Source: Candidatus Doudnabacteria bacterium (GTDB lineage Bacteria; Patescibacteriota; Doudnabacteria; UBA920). From it: 64,000 nt of DNA. The notes beneath the pieces are model-generated. The model was not told the DNA's origin, made no database searches, and was given only the letters and a program-made list of their open reading frames with translations. Of the stretch, positions 30,001 to 40,929 are shown one piece after another. The translations under genes were made by a program, and so were the position numbers. The stretch's first letter is position 1, and every line of letters starts with the position of its first letter. The stretch is taken from NCBI GenBank assembly GCA_963837465.1, contig CAWINB010000001.1:369929-433928 (forward strand), in the 5' to 3' direction.

Positions 30001-33000
30001 GAGCTCGCCTGGACTTGCAGTAAAGTTTGCGGCGTAATGGTGCCAATGCCAAACTGACCGTTCTGGTCAACCACATCGTAAATTCCCTTACTCGTCCTGC
30101 CCCACTCTGCAATGGGTACAGATTGGCCGGTAGTGCCGGTTACAGTTAAAATAATCTGGCTGCCGCTTCCGTTACCGATGAGATTAGAAGTATTAAAGTC
30201 TAATATACCCCCGGTCAAAGTGCCGCCGTTGGTTACGGATAAAATACTACCACCGACATTATTGAAAACTTGAAAAGGAACGGTCGTTTGCGTACTATTA
30301 GACCGCACAACCAACTGCTGCTCGTCGCTACTGCCCTGGATATACAAGGCTGCCTGGGGGCTAGTCGTCCCAATCCCGACATTGCCGCTGTTGGCAACAT
30401 ACAACACACTACTGCCACTGGAAGAAGCGATATTCAAAAGCGAGGCAGTAGAAGTAGTTCCCTGCAAAGTTAACAACGATGAAGCGGAAGTTGTGCCGAG
30501 CCCAAGATTACCACCAACCCAGACATTGCCATTAAATCCACCGGCATAAGCATTGGTAATAGACCCGGCGGTAATGGAAGGTGCGTCTCCATAAACACTA
30601 TAAGCAAGAGTAGTGGTACCTACTCCGCTATTTTTAACTTGTCCATAAACACCGTAGGCTAGTGGAATGCCGGTGTTAGCCGCGCCGCTAAAAGTCGCGG
30701 TACCAGAAACTCCCACTAAAGTTGATGGCGAGTTGCTGGCAAGAGTTCCGGCGGAACGAATAGCCGAACCCAGGACTCCGGCTCCAAGGCCGGTATTTGC
30801 GGAGCCGCTTAGCGTTAAAGTAGCACTGACGTCGGTAGAGCTTGCCGTAGCTGAAGTGCTGGCACTGATAATAAGAGTGCTTGCGTCAATTTGGTTAACT
30901 CCGCTAAATGTACCAAACTGGCTAAGATTTACACCGGCACCTGGAAATACATATCCACTATTAAGAGCCGTCGTCAGGGTTCCGCCCCCATACGGCCTGG
31001 CATAACTGCTTTGTTCCAGTTGCGGCCCCCAGGCGGCTATAGCTGATGTACCAACAACAATTCTGGCAACCACGCTGGTAAATACTCCTGTTAAATTGCT
31101 GGTGACGGCATAGCGCTGCCAGCTTGGACCTATGGTAAAAGTCGTAGGCGTACCTGAGGCGACGTTGGTATCTATTTCCAAAGCTGTGGTGGTTGCGCCG
31201 CCCTGGGATTTTAAGTAGACCGAAAAAGTCCAAGGCGTAGTCGAGCCGCTAACTACAGCCTGGCTGATGTTGCCTGTGGCGGAAGTTCCGGAAAGGTTTG
31301 AGGCAAGAAGGGCATCCAACGGAGATGTAGCAGTAGCCGCGGCAACGCTATTCATATTAACTTTTATCCATTGGCTGGCAGAAAAATTCGTAGCACTGAC
31401 CAAAAAGTTTTGCCACTCCCCCATACCCAACCAAGGCGTGCTAAGGTAACCGTCAATTTCCGTAGTTTGACCATCACCTCCATTGGTAATACCGTTACCA
31501 ACGTCCAGGGGGCCAATAGGATATTGGTTATCTACACCAATATTGCCCGCGCTGTTAATATACAAATTACTGGTTCCTGAAGAAGAAACTACATTCAAAA
31601 TATCCTGAGCGCCGCTTCCCTGAATAGCCAAAGTCTGACCCGCGGTTGTAGTCCCAATCCCCACATTCCCCGCACGGGTCACGACTAACTCACTAGCTCC
31701 CGATGACGAAGCCACATTGAAGGGATTTAAGGTTCCCGTGCCCTGGATGTTGAAGGAGACGGCGGAAGAAGTAGCTCCAATGCCCGCCACCGCGCCGTTG
31801 TCCAGCAGTGCTCCTGCGGCAAGAGTGCTTGGGGAAGTCCAGATGGCATCGTAACCTGTTGTACCGCCGGACAGGGAGCCTGCGGCATTTAAAGTGTTAC
31901 CGCTAAAGCTTAAGCCGGTGCCCAGTTGTACGGATTCCAGGTTGCTGTTGGCATCACTCATTACCAAAGAAGAAGGAGTTAAAGTGGCGATACTGACATT
32001 GCCGATGGCAGATACATTTAAGTAAGACGAGCCACTGGAAGAAGCTACGGTTAGGAGGTTTGAAGTTTGGGAAGAAGTGCTTTGGACAAAGAGCAGAGAG
32101 CTTGGAGCAGTTGTCCCAATTCCGACGTTGCCATTAGTTATTATTCTCATTGCTTCTGTTCCGCCGTTGTTACCAACTACAAATTTAATATAATCAGCAG
32201 TTCCTGCGCCGCTCGTTGACTTAAGCGTAAGAAAACCATTTGTTGCTCCGCTTCCATAAAGTGTAGTGTTATTGCCAGAGTTGTTGTTAATGTTTCCAAA
32301 AAGAGCAGTCCCATTTAAGTTAGCCTGGAAAGTACCCGACGCAATCACTGCCGCCCCTCCACTTACACTCAATTGCCCATCCGTCTTAATCGTCCCCGCT
32401 CCGCTTCTGTACAAATCCGCCGTAGCATCACCAAAATTTATGCCGCCGGAAGCAAGAGTGGAAGAAGCAAAAGACAAAGCCGCTATTGGTGTCGTTGTCC
32501 CAATCCCGACATTGCCGAGCATATAGTTATTCCCTGCCCCATTTGCACTCAATGTACCTGCCGTTATAAGGTTTGCCCAGCCAGTAGAGCTATTTAAACT
32601 AGCAAATGTGCTGTATGCTCCGCTATTGGCTGAAATATCAAAATTCAATTGTGCCCCTACACCAGAATAACCTGCTATTGGTGTGTTATACATTCTGATT
32701 ATGCTTGACTGAGAAGTGTTGCCGTTTGTTTTTAATCCCGTGCCTGATAAATACAATGCTGGGGATGCTTGGGAATTAACACCAGCAGTTGCCGCGGTTA
32801 AATTTTGAAGCGTCAATCCATTTGACGGCGTGGCTCCAAGACCCTCACTATCTACTGTTAGCAAGCTCCCCGGACTCGTAGTCCCAATCCCAACGTTGCC
32901 ACCATTGAATATCGCGGCGTAGTTGTTAGTGGCGCCAGTAGGAGCGTTCACATAAAGACCCGCACCGTTAGTGGTAGAAGCATTTAGTGTTCCACCCTGG

Positions 33001-36000
33001 ATTAAAGCTCCATAGGAATTGGTTAATAAAGTATTACCAGTGGTGGAAGCAATCGGAGCGCCGCTGATAGTTAAGGTGGAAGAAGTGGCAATTGTGTAAG
33101 TTGAAGTCGAAGCCGTACCGTAAGTAATGGGATTAAATAATACATTGTAAACCTGGGAGGCAGGGTTGGCGGCATTGGAAATAATCTCGCTTATGCCGGA
33201 GGCAGTTTCTAGGGAACGATAATCGTAAACGGATTTTAGACTCGGAGTAAGATAAATGCCACGGGTGATACCGGAGGCTGAACCTGTTTGATTGATGGTT
33301 TCCAACGAGGTTACTGCTGCAAAATTTCCTGTACCAGAAGAAGGCTGGAAGTCAGCGTTAGTTCGTCCAATTTCCAATATGCCTCCACTACCATTAGCAT
33401 AGCTTTGTGTTGAGTTTGCAAGAATATTTACTTGATAACAGCCACCACCACAACCATTCCCCCTAACACTCAATGTCCCACCACTTGGAGGTTGAATTTG
33501 ATGCAGTATAAAAACAGACGCATCTGTCTGAATTATCCCCGCTCCGCTCCTGTACAAATCTGCCGTGTCATCGCCAAAGTTGATTCCGTTGGCGGCAGTG
33601 GTGTTAGTGCCACTACCGACAGTTAATAATGCCGCTGGTGTCGTTGTCCCAATCCCCACATTGCCGCCATTAAATATGGCGGCGTAGTTGTTAATGGCGC
33701 CGGTTGGGGCGTTAATAATGGCGCCGTAGGCGTTAGTTACGTTGCTTACAGCGTTACCCTGGATCATTAAAGCCGAAGCATTGGTAACGGTGGCGGTGGA
33801 AGAACCCAGCGGCGTGGCCAGGTTTAAGGTAGAAGCATTGGCTAAAGTGTAAATGGAAGACGAAGCCGAGGCGTAGGTGAACGGATTAAACAGAACATTG
33901 TAAGCCGTGGAAATTGCGGAAGAAGTGGAAAGGGTGGTTGTGGTAGCCGCGACTTCCAAGGAGCGGTAGTCAGCCACGGAAGTTAATATCTGGTTCAAAT
34001 AAAGTCCGCGGGTAATGCCGGAAGCACTGCCGGTTTGGTTAATCTTATTCTGAAATACCATGGTATTCAAAACAGCGGTGCCGGAAGTAGGGCCAAAAAT
34101 ATCACCTGTTGAACCAACTCCAGCTATTCCGTAAGTGCCGCTGGTGCCGGTCATAATATCGCTATTATTGGATAGGGTAATACCTATTGCGGCATTGTTG
34201 GTATTATTACCAGCCAAGGTGATTTGCGTACCACCAGCAGCAACTATAAAACCAGACGGGGTTATTTGGAGGTTGCTACTAATATTCACCCTACCGTTCG
34301 GATTCACCCAGAACAAAGGCAAGCCCGTTGATGAAGCCACGGTAAAAGCGTTAGTCGTACCTGCTGCTCCTACAACCGCCAGAGTGCTTTGCGGCACGCT
34401 CGTTCCAATGCCCACATTACCGTTAGCCGAAACAGTCAGCAAGGAAGAGCCGGATGAGGAGGCTACATTAAATGGATTTAAAATTCCCGATCCCTGAATG
34501 TTGAATGAGACAGTGGAAGAAGTAGCTCCAATGCCCGCAACCGTACCGTTGTCCAGCAGCGCTCCTGCGGTAAGAGTGCTTGGGGAAGTCCAGATGGCGT
34601 CGTAGCCTGTTGTACCGCCGGACAGGGAGCCTGCGGCATTTAAAGTATTACCGCTAAAGCTTAAGCCGGTGCCCAGTTGTACGGATGACAGGTTATTGTT
34701 GGCATCACTCATTACCAAAGAAGAAGGAGTTAAAGTGGCGATACTGACATTGCCGATGGCAGATACATTTAAGTAAGACGAGCCACTGGAAGATGCAATG
34801 GTCAACAGGTTTGAAGTTTGTGAAGATGTGGCGATTATTAAAACCGTTGGCTGGGTGGTGGAAGAAGAGGCTACGGTTAGCTGGGCTGCTGGGGTTGATG
34901 TTCCAAGACCAATATTACCGCCAGCCAATACTTCCATAACCGACGCGCTATTTGTTTCCAAATCCATTAGTGCCTTGGTACCGGTAGCCGAAGACAAAGC
35001 GCCTAAGGTATTTACATAAATAGCCCTAAACCCGCCTCCCCCTGTTGTGCTATCGCCGACGATTATTGACAAACCCTTTGAACTTTGCCCGTTACCGCTG
35101 GAGGCCGTAAAGTTTGTGTTCATCATCTGCTGACTCGTAAGGGAGGTGCCATTTATTTGAAGCCCTGTTACCCCGGCAGTCGGCGATAAAATTAAAAAGG
35201 TGCCCTGTATAAGCCCAGTACTATTAACACTAAATTCACTCGTCCCGCCATTAAATGCTTGGATTAAATTGCCGCTCGTACCTTGGACGGATAAAGCCGC
35301 TGACGGGGTAGTTGTCCCAATCCCCACATTCCCACCCATAAAGGCAGCGGCGTAGTTGTTGGATGCGCCGGAGTTGGCGTTAACGTAGAGGCCGTAGGAA
35401 TTAGTGACGCTGGTAAGCGCTACGCCCTGGATGCTTAAGGCGGTGGAAGATGAAATCGTTGTGGAAGCCGTAGTCCCATTTGGCGCTCCGGCAATGTTTA
35501 AGGTGGAGGCGTTGGCTAGGGTGTAGAGGGAAGAAGAAGCGGAAGTATAGGTAAGCGGATTGAATAATACATTGTATGCTGTGGAAATGTTGGTTGAGGT
35601 GGAAAGAGTGGTGGTGGTGGCTGCGGTTTCCAGGTTGCGGTAGTCAAAGACGGAAGTAAGAGTAGGTGCCAGTATAATTCCTCGGGTGATGCCGGTGGAA
35701 ATTCCGGTTTGGTTAATGGTTGGGTTTATGCTTAAGCTATTAAAAGTTCCTGTTCCCGAAGTCGGCGCAAAAGTATTTTGGATTTGAGCAATACCATTAA
35801 CGCCACTTACCGGAGTTTGGAGGGCATTCTCCGATCCCAAGGTAACTTCGTAACCACTGGTGCTGCTAAGACTTCCTAAAATTTTTATGTTTTCGCTTGA
35901 CCCGCTGTTTTCAATAGTTCCAGAAGTTAGTATGGTACCTATAGTCAAACTACCGACAGCGGTTATATTTCCTGAGCTATCGACTTTAAACCGATTTAAA

Positions 36001-39000
36001 CCGCTATTTTCAAACTGAACAAAATTCCCGCCAAAACTGCTTGGGGAATTAATACCTAAGTATGTGCCATTAGCAGAACCGGCAACCAGCGAGTTGCTGC
36101 CTAAAAGAACAGCCGGTGTAGTGCTGGCAGTTAATGTCCCCCCCGCTGTAGTAGTAGCATCCACAGCCAACTGGGTAGATTGGTTGGCAAAGACTTGCAG
36201 TATAGAGGAGCCGGAAGATGAAGCAACTTTAAACGGATTCAAACTGCCTGTTCCCTGGATGTTAAAGCTAACGGCGGAAGAACTGGCGTTGACTCCAACG
36301 ACCGTACCGTTGTTCAGAAGATCGGCAGACGATGTTAGAGTATTGACGCCATTGTAGTAAGCATCCTGGCCTATGGTACCGGAACCGATATCAGAAGCAG
36401 GGCCGATGTATAATCCCCCTGATCCTGTGGAGTAGACTGTGCCTGCTGTCAGGGAGCTTAAGGTGGTGGAACCTGTTACGTTTAAGCTGTCGCCAATATT
36501 CTGGTTGCCGGTAGCGGTTAGGTTGCCGTTAAAGTACCCGTCCCCTACCACGGAAAGTTGCGAAACCGGCGACGTGGTATTAATGCCAAAGTAACCGGCC
36601 GAAGTAATGACGCTGGAAGTCGCGCCGGAGGTATTGTAAATATCTAAAATGTCAGCGGTCTGGCCCGAAACGGGGGTTAAGCTTAACACCGGCGTGGTGG
36701 AAGATGTGGAACCTACGGCAAGTTTGGCTGTTGGATTAACAACGCCAATACCGACCAAATCTGTGGAGGTGGCCAAGTGGACAATGTTGGGGGAAATCCA
36801 GGTCCAGCCGCCGGCCGAGGAGCCGCCGATGCTGGTAATGGTGCCGCAAGTCAGCTGGCCGCTGCCGTCGGTCTGGATGGCGGAAGCGGAATTATCACAG
36901 TTAAGCACGGCGCCGACGCGCACGTTGCTGCCCGCCACAACATTGCCGCTGGTTTGCAAACTGCCGGCCGTGGCGTTAAGCACGCCAAGCCCCAGGCCGC
37001 CGCTGGCAAAAATATTTCCCGCGACCGAAAAATTGGTTACCGGCGAACTGGAATTTATGCCGACATTGCCATTGGCCAAAATACTTAAAATTTGCGCGCT
37101 GGAAGAAGACGCTACGGCAAAAATCTGCAGCGTGGATTGGGTTGAAGATCCCTGCACTGTAAAAATGGCGGCCGGCGAAGAAGAATTAATCCCCAGCTCG
37201 CTTCCGTTATCAAACAATAACGAATTGCCCGTGGTGGACGAGCCGGTGTATTTAACCAGATAATTGTTCGCGCCGCTGCCGGAAAGTTTGTTGTTAAAAG
37301 CCAGCCAGTCGGAATTTTGCAGCTGGCCGGTGTTGACGGAGGAAGCAAACGGCAGGTTAATGCTGAGGGAGTTTGTGGAAGTTGAGATGTTGAAAATATT
37401 TCCGGTTGTGCCGGTGGCAACATTCGCAATGACGTTTGGGGACAAGCCAATGGCTGTGGAAGTACCGATAATAATTTGGCTGCCATCGCCGCTTGTAAAG
37501 GCAAGGCCGCCGCCCAGGGCCAAATTGCCCAGGGTGGTGGTGCCGGTGCCGCCGCTGGCCGGAGTTAAGGCGCTGGTTAAAGTTAATTGGCTGATGGTGG
37601 TAGTTGCAAGAGTGGAAAGTCCGCTGACATTAATCTGGCCCGCGGTTAAGACAGTAAGAGTTGTGGAAGCAAGCGAGCTGGAGCCGCTCACCGTAAGCCG
37701 GCCAATTGCGGCGTCGGCCAAAGTTGATGTGGCGCCGACGCTTAACTGGCCGAGCAAAGTTTCGTCGCCGGTCAGCAGAGCATCTCCCACCACGCTTAAA
37801 GCGCTGCCCGGTGTTGAAGTGCCGATGCCCAGGTTGCCGCCTGCCGTTACGGTGAGCAAAGTTTGCCCGGAGGCCGATGCAAGCGTAAACAAATTCGTGG
37901 GTGAACCCGTAGCCTGCAAAAACAACTCGGAGCTTGGCGCGGTGGTGCCGATCCCCAAACTGGAACCTGAAAGGAATAAAATGTTTTCCGGGCTTACCGT
38001 CGTGCCAAAGGATTGGTAATAGGCGAAACTGCCGGGCGTCCCCGTCGCTACCCCGCTGCTGCCGCCCGTACCGCTGCCTACCAGGCTCCAGGCCGTACCG
38101 TTAAAAAAATTGTACTGGTCGGTGTCCGTGTTAAAAATCAAAAGTCCGGCGGCGGGGCTGGCAATCGCGTCACGCTGCGCCTGCGTCATGCGCGGCGCCA
38201 AAAATCCCTTGCTGGAAGAATCAAGCTCCAGCAAACTTGACGCGTCCGGAGTCGTAGTGCCTAAGGACAACTGGCTGGTAGAGGCTGTGTAAAATAAATT
38301 GCCGTTATCCTGGCTTAAGCCGTTGGCGCCCTGAAAAACCACGCTGCCGGCGGTGAAACCGGGGTTAATATTTGAAACATTTAAATCGGCAATTGTCGTG
38401 CTGCCGCTAAAAGAGGCGTTGCCGTTAAAATCAGAACCGCCCCGCACGTTCAAAGAAATTATATCGGCCTGGTTGGCGCTCAGCGAGTCGCCGGACAACT
38501 GGCTGAAGCCGGCTATTGAACCTATGGTGCCGTTTGAATTTTCCGAACCTACGTAGGCAATCGGCGCCGCCGGTCCGCCGATAAACGACTGACCCGCCCC
38601 GGCGGGACCTTGCGGCCCCTGGGCTCCCGGCGCTCCGTTTTGCCCTTTGAATTTTCCCCGCGCGAGATAAGCGTTCAGCCTGTCATCAATAATCGAATAA
38701 ACTTGGGATTCGTTCAGACCCAAAAGCTGGTTTATAATTTGCGTTCCATCCTGGCCATTAACCACAACAGGGCTGTTGGCATTATCCGCAATACCGGAGG
38801 TGGAGTTTCGCGCTCCTGACTTGCTGTATAAAATATTTGTAATGCCGCCCCGGACATCCGGTTGTTTGGGGGAAATTAAACTCGACCACGCAACGGAAGC
38901 CACAAGTCCGGTTAGCGCGATAATTCCGGTGGCTAAAATCAGCGGAAGATTTGAGGATACCGGTCTGGCAAAACTGCCGTAAAGCTGTTTGATTTTTTCT

Positions 39001-39782
39001 TTGCCTAAAACCAATCCGGCCAGGAATTCCCCGTTCTGCCGCTGAGGCTCAGTCCCGGTTTCGGAAGGCAAATCAAAATTGGAAACAAAATTTTCCATTA
39101 ACGGCAACCGTTCGGCTGCCCGGGTCACCGCCGGCATGGCAATCGGAACGACCGCCGGAATTGAATTCTGAACCAAAGCTTGCTCCGCTTGGTCCGCGAT
39201 TTTTTTGGTCTTTTGTTCCGCCTCCGCCAAACCCCGTGACAGGGTATCAATACGGTTTTCAATATTTTCAAAAACCTCTTTTTTTAAATTGCTCAGCCGC
39301 ATAATTTGCTCCGGCAATTGCTGGACCGGTAATGCCGGTGCCGAACCAATAATATGCTGCTGGGGTGCTTGGACCTGCTGGTTATTCTGCCCGGACCCTG
39401 GCCGATCCAAACTTTGAATATTCGCTTGCTCGGAGGCAACGTGCACGGGGATTTTGTTTCCCGTCTCGTCCAGGACTTCGGAAATCCCATTTTTGTAATT
39501 TTTTATAAAATCATCCAAAGCCGCCCTGGTTGTTACCCAGTTCCGGCCCATTTTGAAACCCTTTAACTTGCCGGTTCTGCAAAGGAAACCAAGGTAGTCC
39601 TGATGGTAGTGGGTCAGCTTACTGGCCTCGGAAAGGGAAACAAAGTCAGATTGGTTTTGAGCCGGAAAAGGAGGCTGGAACGAAGCGCCGGTTGTCTGCC
39701 TGGAATCCGAAAAGCCCAATCCAATTTCCGTATGGTTTGGTTGGCTCGGGTTTTCTAAATTTTTATCTGTTTTTTCGTCCAC
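21077..39782 (-). CDS. giant membrane-anchored fibre/adhesin (~6,230 aa): N-terminal HTH, TM helix, collagen-like linker, GNVGIGTT fibre repeats, two LVIVD beta-propeller blocks, C-terminal G2/IMC chaperone-like domain; five single-base indels
   Basis: ORFs 26466..39782, 26096..26881, 25440..26129, 25183..25383, 24213..25031 and 21077..24427 continue one repeat architecture. Correcting +1 (26898), -1 (26154), -1 (25444), +1 (25273) and +1 (24304) gives 18,705 nt = 6,235 codons. Confidence 0.85.
25570..27870 (-). repeat. two blocks of LVIVD-type repeats (129-bp / 43-aa period) within the giant gene
   Basis: recurring SIYVSGRYAYVAN..SN.ISVVDISNP.AP.QVATT.VG unit, about 7 per block; block tails duplicated at an offset of ~1.4 kb. 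Confidence 0.9.
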
Positions 39783-40678
39783 TTTTTTTGGAAAATGCTT
39801 TCGGAAAATTTTATATTATTTGGCGTTCCGGATTAAATTTTGCGTTTATTTTTGTGTCATTTTTCCTAATATCGGATAAGCGATATCTGTATTAATTATA
39901 GCCTTTACCTAAAATCGGGGTCAAGGAATATAAAATAAAAAATGATTGATATTTATAAAATTTGTGTTTCATAATTTAGTAAAAACTAAACCGGAATTTT
40001 GAATAAAATAACTACAAAACCAGCCATGAAAATAAGAGCTTTGGCGGGTAATTATAAATCTGCTTACTTTTTCTTTTTTTGAATCAGGTTTTTTATTTAG
40101 TTTATGAAACATCAATATTCACTAGCTGATTACTCAAAAATACACTTACTCTGCCGACCCATAAATATCGGCTTCTAAAAAACCCATAAACGCTTAGCAA
40201 GCCCGCGGTTAGCGCGATTGAGCAATTTCAAGCTTTTTAAAATGAATAGCGATAGCGTTTTAAAATTTAATATCGGAGCGATTCTAAAATATTTCATTTA
40301 AGAAGCTTCGCAAAAATTACCTCTTATCGAATAACAAAATTAACCATCTCGGATATCCCAAATGGGATAATTTTAAACAAATTTTTGCTCCTAAAGCAAA
40401 ACTGCTTATAAGGCAGATAATTTATAATTAGCTTAGGATAAAATAATTAATTGATTAGATGACACTTTATATTTATTACGCTCAATGAATATAAAAATTA
40501 TTATTTTCAACCCTTATACCATGAAACAGCAATTGTTTAAAGAAAGTTGACTTTATTTTGTTGCACAGCTTGATTTTGAATAAATTCAGCGGAATCTGAT
40601 TATCTAATTAAATTATCCACAGCTAGTATCACTCAAACTGCTTTCTTTTTGTTTTATGCTGCTATATCATCGGCTCGT

Positions 40679-40707
40679 TTGACAAGAAATTTTTTATGGA
40701 ATAAGCT
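40679..40707 (+). promoter_or_regulatory. sigma70 promoter upstream of the riboswitch
   Basis: TTGACA (40679-40684), 17-nt spacer, TAAGCT (40702-40707). Confidence 0.7.
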
Positions 40708-40738
40708 TAAAAAGCCAAAGAAATTCCTTAACAAAAAG

Positions 40739-40872
40739 AGTCTTATTTGGGGAAGTCGGGTGAGAATTATCATAATAAGATGATTCAATTCCCGCGCTGT
40801 GCCGCAACTGTAAATTCGCCCTTCGGCGGATAAGCCAGATCGCCGAATAAGGTCTATTCCCGAGCAGGACAA
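40739..40872 (+). ncRNA. cobalamin (B12) riboswitch, compact variant
   Basis: GGGAAgtCGGGTG...AATTCCCGcGCTGTGCCGCAACTGTAA...AAGCCAGATCGCC matches the cobalamin core and B12 box; closing helix TCTTATTTGG/CCGAATAAGG; short hairpin ATTCGCC-CTTC-GGCGGAT. Confidence 0.85.
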
Positions 40873-40888
40873 TTGCACCCGTAATTTC

Positions 40889-40914
40889 ACCGTCCCTGCC
40901 TGGGGCGGTTTTTT
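40889..40914 (+). terminator. riboswitch expression-platform terminator
   Basis: ACCGTCCC-TGCCT-GGGGCGGT-TTTTT ending 15 nt before ATG 40930; its 5' arm GTCCCTGC can pair instead with GCAGGAC (40864-40870). Confidence 0.8.
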
Positions 40915-40929
40915 AATTAACAACCCCTC

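Noticed and set aside
21077-39782. Prophage (tail-fibre-like repeats), or several separate genes / programmed frameshifting
   Set aside because: No capsid, terminase, portal or integrase genes. The breaks are single-base indels relative to intact paralogous repeats and lack slippery-site signatures.
40654-40923. 89-aa minus-strand ORF
   Set aside because: It lies antisense to the promoter, riboswitch and terminator and has no protein features.
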